Part shown: positions 37,394-43,603 of the stretch, piece by piece
Layout of the letters: each line of letters starts with the position of its first letter
Position numbering within the stretch: the stretch's first letter is position 1
DNA from: a virus
Taxonomy: Duplodnaviria; Caudoviricetes
IMG/VR virus record: IMGVR_UViG_3300005841_000939
DNA length: 64,000 nucleotides
Reading direction: 5' to 3' (one strand)
The notes under the pieces: generated by a model
What the model saw: only the letters and a program-made list of their open reading frames with translations
Told to the model about the DNA's origin: nothing
Databases searched by the model: none
Position numbers and translations under genes: made by a program

Positions 37394-37603
37394 TTAAAAA
37401 TCTTTCTCTTCAAGCAAATTTGTGCAACGACCTTCTGCAACTGCTCTATTTATGTCATCAAATTCTTTTTTGATTTCATCAAGCAATGCTTTCTTTTCTT
37501 CTTCTGATATATCAGAAGAATTTAACCTTTCTTCGGTTTTCTCATCCAAATGAATGCAACTTGAAATCATTCCTTCTGATAACCATTCCTGTGGAACTAT
37601 CAT
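37394..37603 (-). CDS. small hypothetical protein
   Basis: 69-aa ORF, ATGA coupling. Confidence 0.5.
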   Translation of the reverse strand: MIVPQEWLSEGMISSCIHLDEKTEERLNSSDISEEEKKALLDEIKKEFDDINRAVAEGRCTNLLEEKDF

Positions 37604-38205
37604 TTGTCTTCTTTCTCTAAAAGGTTGTTAAAAATGATTTTGCAAATGGCCTTGCCACGACGGTCAATATGCTTCCACTTGATCTTAAAAGAATCCGAAT
37701 CAATACCACCAAACATATTGGCATTTGAATGGATTTCAGCAAGACCTGCAATTAGAAGTGTTATTGCTTCTTTGCGTTTGCAAAATTCTTCAATTTGTTC
37801 TGCTTTGAGACGATGAATATCCATATCCAACCTAATGAGATTGGCAATTTGTTCATCACCTCCATGATCTAACCAAATTTGTGCAGAAATTTCCGCATGA
37901 TTTGGAAAATGAATGCGACCTTCGCTATCAGTTTCCTGACAGAATGGTTTGCCGCAATCATGAAAAAGGGCATACTCAAGAATTGTTTCGGTGTCTAACA
38001 GATTCCCTAAAATCTGTGACTTGTATAATTGAAACCATTCAGGGAGTCGCCAATTTGGCAACACCTATGTTTCACCTTTTATAAACTGAATCAACTCTTG
38101 AAGATGATTCTTGACTGATTCTCCGTGTTGGAGAATCGTTTGATGTTGATTTTGATTACAACCCTTCATCTTTTCGATGAGGATCTACTGAAAGTCCTGC
38201 TTCAT
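37600..38205 (-). CDS. HD-like phosphohydrolase interrupted by two in-frame TAG codons (readthrough gene or pseudogene)
   Basis: AAGGA RBS + ATG at 38205; TAG at 38185-38187 and 38065-38067; TILQHG...FHDCGKP...HFPNHA; ends at TGA. Confidence 0.6.
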
Positions 38206-38380
38206 GATGTTCCTTAAATGGTTGATGCGAGAGCGAGCGATGTTGCTATGCGTGAAAGTTCGTCATTTCTTTTACTATCAATTTGACCATTGTTCCATCC
38301 AATTTCTCGAATGTGAAATGCCAACGCCAAAGAATTTTCAAATTCTTCAACTTCAATTAATTTTTCTCCAACTCTAATCA

Positions 38381-38689
38381 TCATTTCAATCTTTCTGATT
38401 TTTGAATTGCGAGTTGTTTTGACGATTTAATTTTATTATACAAGTCATCAGGATGGAAATTTGGTTCCCATTCTTTCCCTTGTGTAATATGAAATTTTTC
38501 TGCCATCATGTGATGGGTTGGGCAAAGAGAAATACCATTCTCTTTGACATAGCCACCGTTTGGCATTTCATTTCGATCAGTTATGTGATGCGCATCAAGA
38601 TTTTCTTTAATGTCACAAAACAAACATTTGCCACCGTCTCGCTTGAAGACTGCGTTGCGAAATGCTGAACGAATTTCCTTCTTGTTCAT
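38381..38689 (-). CDS. HNH endonuclease
   Basis: VFKRDGGKCLFC...LDAHHI...NGISLCPTHH. Confidence 0.82.
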   Translation of the reverse strand: MNKKEIRSAFRNAVFKRDGGKCLFCDIKENLDAHHITDRNEMPNGGYVKENGISLCPTHHMMAEKFHITQGKEWEPNFHPDDLYNKIKSSKQLAIQKSERLK

Positions 38690-38738
38690 GGCTTACGACA
38701 TAAGTTTAAGCCTTGTTTTTATATGTCAACTGAAAAAA

Positions 38739-38890
38739 CACCTGGGTATTCGCTGTCTTTCAAACTCTGGTTAGTTGATGCATTCAACATCACCAATGCG
38801 CCAAGTGTGTATTGAAAATGCCGCAGTCAGGATATGCGCCAGCTTTGAACTTCTAGTTAGTTGATGCATCAACATCACTAATGCGCCTGA
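38739..38890 (-). ncRNA. tandem pair of ~65-nt structured motifs of unknown function
   Basis: two copies of GGCGCATTRGTGATGTTGA(A)TGCATCAACTAACYAG, each in its own closing helix, with a compensatory A-U/G-C change. Confidence 0.55.
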
Positions 38891-38901
38891 GATTGGCTTT
38901 T

Positions 38902-38977
38902 TGGTGGACAATGAGGGATTTGAACCCCCGACCTCTTGAATGTAAATCAAGCACTCTAGCCGCTGAGTTAATCGTCC
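38902..38977 (-). tRNA. tRNA-Val(TAC)
   Basis: CTTGA-TTTACAT-TCAAG arm, encoded CCA. Confidence 0.92.
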
Positions 38978-38994
38978 AAAAATTGAAATTATAA

Positions 38995-39137
38995 AGGCAG
39001 CTTTCAATCGCGACCATATCGTATAATTTCTTCCTGTTTTTTATCCATGATGGATCATCATGCTATGCTTTTGACTTGTTGCAAACAAGCAATGTTATGC
39101 ATTAACATTGTTAGCATCTAACCGTCGCTAGATGCCC
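38995..39137 (-). ncRNA. candidate multi-hairpin ncRNA
   Basis: four consecutive hairpins inside GGGCA/TGCCT ends. Confidence 0.4.
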
Positions 39138-39145
39138 AAAAAAGA

Positions 39146-39212
39146 AATACGACTAAAAGCGAATAAGAGGGGTTATCTTAAATGGATGTACTCCTATTCT
39201 AGCATTCGTATT
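39146..39212 (-). ncRNA. Y RNA-like family, short copy
   Basis: AATACGA/TCGTATT stem, GAATGC, GAATAGGAG/CTCTTATTC stem, TACAT. Confidence 0.62.
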
Positions 39213-39214
39213 AT

Positions 39215-39300
39215 TGGTGCCCATAGCCGGACTTGAACCAGCACCCCTGTTACGGGAGAGGATTTTGAATCCACCGCGGCTGCCATTACGCCATACGGGC
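39215..39300 (-). tRNA. tRNA-Leu(CAA)
   Basis: loop TTCAAAA, long variable arm, encoded CCA. Confidence 0.9.
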
Positions 39301-39342
39301 AAAAATTGATTGTCTAAAATGGTTGTGAATACTTTCGTTTAT

Positions 39343-39446
39343 AGAAATGGTCTGCCGTAGCACGTTGGCCATTTCTTTGACGGGAGCATTCATATCTAAA
39401 AGGTGCCAATAATATCCCCAAAGCTGCCGTAGCACGTTCTATGAGG
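39343..39446 (-). repeat. two hairpins sharing the 15-mer AACGTGCTACGGCAG
   Basis: identical 15-mer at 39352-39366 and 39424-39438, each capping a different basal stem. Confidence 0.6.
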
Positions 39447-39458
39447 AAGATGGCGAAA

Positions 39459-39532
39459 TTGCTGCGACACTTGGATTTAAACCAAGACTTTCCGATTTCC
39501 CCTCGGTGCTCTAATTATTAAGCTATATCACA
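39459..39532 (-). pseudogene. degenerate tRNA-like gene
   Basis: acceptor, D and T arms pair; anticodon loop GGGGAAA lacks U33; ends GCAA instead of NCCA. Confidence 0.55.
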
Positions 39533-39538
39533 ATAAGA

Positions 39539-39615
39539 TGGTCAGTATGAGAGGATTTGAACCTCTGACTTCTGGCTTCCAAAACCAGCACTCTTCCAGG
39601 CTGAGCTACACACTG
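39539..39615 (-). tRNA. tRNA-Pro(TGG)
   Basis: CTGGT-TTTGGAA-GCCAG arm, C1-G72, encoded CCA. Confidence 0.88.
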
Positions 39616-39623
39616 ATAAAAAG

Positions 39624-39725
39624 TTTCACAACAAAATAAAAAAGAAGTGCTCCCCAATAGAGCATCTGAGGTTTCCCTAAGATTGGAATCGAACCAATAA
39701 TGTATTCTTTTTAGCATTTGTGAAA
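39624..39725 (-). ncRNA. Y RNA-like with reduced tRNA module
   Basis: TTTCACAA/TTGTGAAA stem, AAATGC, TACAT; T arm ATTGGTTCGATTCCAAT, GAAA-capped stem, TGCTC/GAGCA hairpin. Confidence 0.68.
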
Positions 39726-39731
39726 ATGAAA

Positions 39732-39818
39732 TGGTGGGTGAAATAGGACTCGAACCTATGAAGTCATTAAAGACGGGACGTTTACAGCGTCCAGCAATTG
39801 CCGCTATGCGATTCACCC
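39732..39818 (-). tRNA. tRNA-Tyr(GTA)
   Basis: GGACG-CTGTAAA-CGTCC arm, long variable arm, encoded CCA. Confidence 0.92.
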
Positions 39819-39823
39819 AAAAA

Positions 39824-39964
39824 TATCACGACTAAATTGCGAAAGAAAATGGCTTGCGCCGAATCGGCTGTTCTACCGCTGAACTACATCACACCGAAAT
39901 GTGATGGTGGGATTTGAACCCACGACAGGCTGATGGAATGTAATCCTTCATTGCATTCGTGATA
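39824..39964 (-). ncRNA. Y RNA-like (YrlA-type) with permuted tRNA module
   Basis: TATCACGA/TCGTGATA stem, GAATGC, TACAT; T arm GTGGGTTCAAATCCCAC, closed acceptor CATCACA-TTTCGG-TGTGATG, D arm TAGTTCAGCGGTAGAAC. Confidence 0.82.
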
Positions 39965-39975
39965 AAAACTGAAAA

Positions 39976-40052
39976 TGGTCGGACATGCTGGATTTGAACC
40001 AGCGGTCTCTTGCTCCCAAAGCAAGCGCGATACCAGGCTACGCTAATGTCCG
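39976..40052 (-). tRNA. tRNA-Pro(TGG) second copy
   Basis: CTTGC-TTTGGGA-GCAAG arm, encoded CCA. Confidence 0.92.
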
Positions 40053-40056
40053 AAAA

Positions 40057-40131
40057 GCCGATCCGTCAAGATTTTAACTTGAATCTCCCAGCGTATAGTG
40101 CCAGGCATTCTTTACGTTGAACTACGAATCG
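40057..40131 (-). ncRNA. tRNA-like RNA with a 9-nt anticodon loop (CACTATACG)
   Basis: 7-bp acceptor, D and T arms; no GG in the D loop; no encoded CCA. Confidence 0.55.
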
Positions 40132-40146
40132 AAAAGTAAACTAAAA

Positions 40147-40223
40147 AGGCCCGACTGTCAAGATTTGAACTTGAATTTTCCAGCCATGACGGCCGGACGT
40201 TCTTTGCATTGAACTACAATCAG
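40147..40223 (-). ncRNA. tRNA-like RNA with a 9-nt anticodon loop (CCGTCATGG), paralogue of 40057-40131
   Basis: same D and T arm sequences, covarying acceptor stem; ends GCCT. Confidence 0.55.
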
Positions 40224-40228
40224 AAAAA

Positions 40229-40361
40229 GAAACGACTAAAAGCGAAAAGATGTATTACGCGCTCTACCGGTGAGCTAAACGAGCAAATTGGCGCCCGCTC
40301 CAGGAATCGAACCTGGTCCTCGTCCTTAACATGGATGTAATCCTTTCAAAGCATTCGTTTC
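40229..40361 (-). ncRNA. Y RNA-like (YrlA-type) with permuted tRNA module
   Basis: GAAACGA/TCGTTTC stem, GAATGC, GAAAGGAT/ATCTTTTC, TACAT; T arm CCAGGTTCGATTCCTGG, closed acceptor AGCGGGC-GCCAATTT-GCTCGTT, D arm. Confidence 0.82.
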
Positions 40362-40370
40362 AAAGAAAAG

Positions 40371-40501
40371 GTCTGACAAATATTAGAGAAATTGTTTTTT
40401 AATGCTACCGTTACACCATACACACCTTTCGATGTGCAATAGGATTCGAACCTATACCCTTTGATTATCGGTCAATGTAAATCTCTCAAAGGCATTCAGA
40501 C
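40371..40501 (-). ncRNA. Y RNA-like (YrlA-type) with permuted tRNA module
   Basis: GTCTGA/TCAGAC stem, GAATGC, GAGAGAT/ATTTCTC, TACAT; T arm ATAGGTTCGAATCCTAT, closed acceptor TGCACAT-CGAAAG-GTGTGTA, D arm. Confidence 0.8.
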
Positions 40502-40504
40502 TTG

Positions 40505-40580
40505 TGGTTGGCATACCAGGAATCGAACCTGGATCTTAACTTTATCAGAGTTATGTGATGAACCATTCTACTATACGCCA
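40505..40580 (-). tRNA. tRNA-Ile(GAT)
   Basis: TAACT-CTGATAA-AGTTA arm, encoded CCA. Confidence 0.88.
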
Positions 40581-40583
40581 ATA

Positions 40584-40696
40584 TGGTGATGTCGATTTTT
40601 AGGCCGACACCACTAATCCAACGTTTAAACTCGGTTTTACCCAAATCTCCTAACGTTGGCAAAAGGAATGCTACTAGCCTTTCGACTAATAGCATT
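40584..40696 (-). ncRNA. candidate three-hairpin ncRNA
   Basis: ATGCTATTAGTC-GAAA-GGCTAGTAGCAT, CCAACGTT/AACGTTGG and GGTGTCG/CGACATC stems. Confidence 0.4.
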
Positions 40697-40810
40697 TTTA
40701 ATGCTATTTTTTGATTCTACAGTTATAAAGTTTTCAAGTTTGAATCTGGAACCATTATTCTGTCGTTCTTGGGTTTAGCAAGAACTATCCTTTTTGGTTT
40801 GTCGATTCAT

Positions 40811-40900
40811 TGGCGGATAGAGAGGGATTTGAACCCCCGGAGCCCTTTCAGGCCCTCTAGTTTTCAAGACTAGCGCAATAAGCCGCTCTGCCATCTATCC
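40811..40900 (-). tRNA. tRNA-Ser(TGA)
   Basis: CTAGT-CTTGAAA-ACTAG arm, long variable arm, G73, encoded CCA. Confidence 0.93.
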
Positions 40901-40930
40901 AGCACATTCTAAATTTTTCAAAGATACTAC

Positions 40931-41108
40931 AAAACGAAAAACCCTGAGACTTTTTGGTCCCAGGGTCTTGAGTCAGTCAGTTATGACCTTCTCAGTTGGG
41001 ACCACTTCCGTTTCTATCCAACGGATTTGAGCGGCAAGGATATGTATTAAATGCTACTTGAGCATTCCAGACCTTGCTTTTCATAATGAGTTGATGGGAG
41101 CGTTTCAT
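40931..41108 (-). promoter_or_regulatory. leader-peptide transcription attenuator heading the tRNA/ncRNA array
   Basis: 38-aa leader ORF 41108-40992; terminator 40931-40966 (10-bp stem + U tract); antiterminator GGTCCCA/TGGGACC. Confidence 0.68.
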
Positions 41109-41164
41109 GGCGTTATGTTGATATTTATATATAACTTATTCTAGCATGCAAGAGAAATTTTTTC

Positions 41165-41608
41165 TCAGAAATCTAGAAGCTTGTAAACCTTGTCTTTTGC
41201 GTGTGTTAAGTCGTTGATGATTACATCAAACTTGGGATGCTTGTTTCTACGCTCACGTTCTAAGAAGTCAACGTACCACTCAAGTTGTCCTATGATTTTA
41301 TTTGCGTAGGATCTAACATTGTGTGGATTCACATTTTGACCTTGAACTTGAATATACTTATTCATTTTCTCTACGAGGTCCAAAATAGCCTTGTAATCTT
41401 TTATTCTAAAATATGAAATAGGATCACCATTTTCATCACGTTCAAATGGTGCTATTTTTTTATCAAACTGATGAATACGGTCATCAAAACCACTTAACAG
41501 TTGCCATACACGAAAAAATCTTTCTGATAGAGGTAAGCTTCTTTGTGCTTCTACATGAGCGTTTTCTAAAAACTTACTCCATTGTCTTTTCATGAATGCA
41601 GGGTGCAT
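41165..41608 (-). CDS. hypothetical protein
   Basis: 147-aa ORF, loosely similar to the upstream neighbour (W..FLE). Confidence 0.6.
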   Translation of the reverse strand: MHPAFMKRQWSKFLENAHVEAQRSLPLSERFFRVWQLLSGFDDRIHQFDKKIAPFERDENGDPISYFRIKDYKAILDLVEKMNKYIQVQGQNVNPHNVRSYANKIIGQLEWYVDFLERERRNKHPKFDVIINDLTHAKDKVYKLLDF

Positions 41609-41616
41609 ATTAGTCC

Positions 41617-42063
41617 TTAGAAATTTAATTCTTTGAATGCCGCTGGCAAGGCTTTTATCAAATTATTGGCTGCTTCATCAACTTTCTTATCATGACCACG
41701 TAAAGAAATTAATTTCTTAGCATAATTTGACATTGAATTGATAATGCCGTCACGGTAAACTTTTACTTTTTCAATATTTGGATTTTCATTTTTATACAAA
41801 TATTTACGAAGGGCATCCCAAGTACTTACAATATCTTTTAACTTATTTGTATCATAAAAAGATTTTTGTTCGCCGGTTTGAGAATCCATATTTTTATCCC
41901 AACCACCTGCACGTTCAGCTTTATACAAATCATCAATAAATGCTGATACTTCGCGATAACCCTTCATTATTTTATCTTCTACAGAATTACCAAGGGTAAT
42001 CATCTGTGGACGTTCAAGAAATAATTTCCATTTATTTTTAAATTGTTGTTTTTCTGTAGCCAT
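41617..42063 (-). CDS. hypothetical protein
   Basis: 148-aa ORF. Confidence 0.6.
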   Translation of the reverse strand: MATEKQQFKNKWKLFLERPQMITLGNSVEDKIMKGYREVSAFIDDLYKAERAGGWDKNMDSQTGEQKSFYDTNKLKDIVSTWDALRKYLYKNENPNIEKVKVYRDGIINSMSNYAKKLISLRGHDKKVDEAANNLIKALPAAFKELNF

Positions 42064-42209
42064 GATTATTTCTTTGGATTGTGTTTAAAATATTCAACTT
42101 GTTGAATTCTTTTTTCTGCTTGCTTGTGAGAAAGATTACTTTTAGAGAGATTTTTCTTTCCATCCTTGCTTACAACTTTGTATCCACTTTTTGTTTTTCT
42201 GATCATAAT

Positions 42210-43496
42210 TTACCCCAAAATAACGTTGAATTTATCACCTTCACCAGTGATCTTTTTTCCCTTATTCATCTTTTGATATGCATTCCAACCTTCGTTGATT
42301 TTCTTCAATTTAGATTTTTTGCGATCATCAGTTGTAACTTGTTCATAAAAATCAATCTTTGGTCCACAATCCATGCGACCAACGCCAGCATGTACAGGGG
42401 ATTGTTCTTTGATTTGTTCATCATCTTCAACAGGTTCTTCATCGTCTTGTTCAATATCGGCTGGTTTATCAGCAGCAACTTTAACATTATTATGTTTAGG
42501 TTTGAAATCGTGATGAATCACTTTCTTTGTTTCTTGATCAAAACCAAGAGCAGGATCATCTGGATCTAACAACCAAGTATCGCCACTTGCAATTTTCTTG
42601 AGCAATTCATTTTGTGCTTTAGTATCAAGACCCTTGATAATTTCTTGACGCTTCTTAAATCCACTTGCAAATGCACCATAGATATTAGCAATACGAACAT
42701 CATTGAAAATCTTTGCTGACAAATCAACCAATTGATTCCAATAATTGTAATCTTTGTTATTCTTCATCCAACTTGCAAAACTTGAAACACGCTCTGGAAT
42801 TTGTGATTTATTTGGATCAGCATCAACAACGTTTTTACGTTCACGACCATTGTCTTGTATACGTCCAAATAAATTTGGGGCTTCTGTGAGAGTACCTTTA
42901 TTTGCAACACCAAGTTTACCTGCAACTTCTGGTAATAGGTATGGAAGTAAAGCACCACGACCTTCTTTTGAATTAATTACAAAGTTTCTGAAACCATCAG
43001 TGTTATCAATATTTGGATAACCCAAATAATCAATACCTAGCCCAATGCCACGCTTTCTTACTGCTTCTGCAACCAATTTATTAAATTCGTCAACATGATT
43101 ATTTGCACTTGCTACAGCTTCAACTGACATTTCTGCCATTTCATCACGGTAAGAATTAAGTAATTCTAAAATTATATTAGTATCGCCTGATACAGATACA
43201 TTTGACAAATCTTTTGTAGCTTCTCTTGCAAAATCATGATAGACCTTATACATGGTCTTATCTTTCTTTGCTTTCTCAGCTTTCAAAATCTTTTGATATT
43301 CTGGATTCTTTGAAAGATCAGCAATATTCTTACCAAATGTTCTCAAGAAATCATCTTGAGAATCAAATTTACCGCCAGCAATTGGTGCGTCAGGATGAAC
43401 ATCTGATCCACCAAAAGCTTCATCCTCTTTAAGCAATTTACGCTTTTGGAAGACTTTCCAGTCACCTTTACCAGTATTGATGTATTCTTGATCCAT
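42210..43496 (-). CDS. hypothetical protein, possibly virion-internal
   Basis: 428-aa ORF, GGAG RBS, TATAAATA at 43521-43528. Confidence 0.65.
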   Translation of the reverse strand: MDQEYINTGKGDWKVFQKRKLLKEDEAFGGSDVHPDAPIAGGKFDSQDDFLRTFGKNIADLSKNPEYQKILKAEKAKKDKTMYKVYHDFAREATKDLSNVSVSGDTNIILELLNSYRDEMAEMSVEAVASANNHVDEFNKLVAEAVRKRGIGLGIDYLGYPNIDNTDGFRNFVINSKEGRGALLPYLLPEVAGKLGVANKGTLTEAPNLFGRIQDNGRERKNVVDADPNKSQIPERVSSFASWMKNNKDYNYWNQLVDLSAKIFNDVRIANIYGAFASGFKKRQEIIKGLDTKAQNELLKKIASGDTWLLDPDDPALGFDQETKKVIHHDFKPKHNNVKVAADKPADIEQDDEEPVEDDEQIKEQSPVHAGVGRMDCGPKIDFYEQVTTDDRKKSKLKKINEGWNAYQKMNKGKKITGEGDKFNVILG

Positions 43497-43541
43497 TAGG
43501 TTCTCCTAGTATCTTTTACGTATTTATATGTTTTAAAAGCC

Positions 43542-43578
43542 AAAAAATAAACCTATGGAAATTTCTTCCATAGGTTTA
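43542..43578 (-). terminator. rho-independent terminator
   Basis: TAAACCTATGGAA/TTCCATAGGTTTA 13-bp stem followed by a U run. Confidence 0.8.
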
Positions 43579-43603
43579 CTAGATTCTAATTACTTTTTTA
43601 CTA

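Noticed and set aside
32327-40695. ORF-track entries overlapping tRNA genes (e.g. 33052-33264, 36627-36812, 37019-37282, 39523-39816)
   Set aside because: They are translations of tRNA or ncRNA sequence.
32250-41000. CRISPR array
   Set aside because: The recurring sequences are tRNA T/D arms and Y-like stems. There are no identical repeats with regular spacers and no cas genes.
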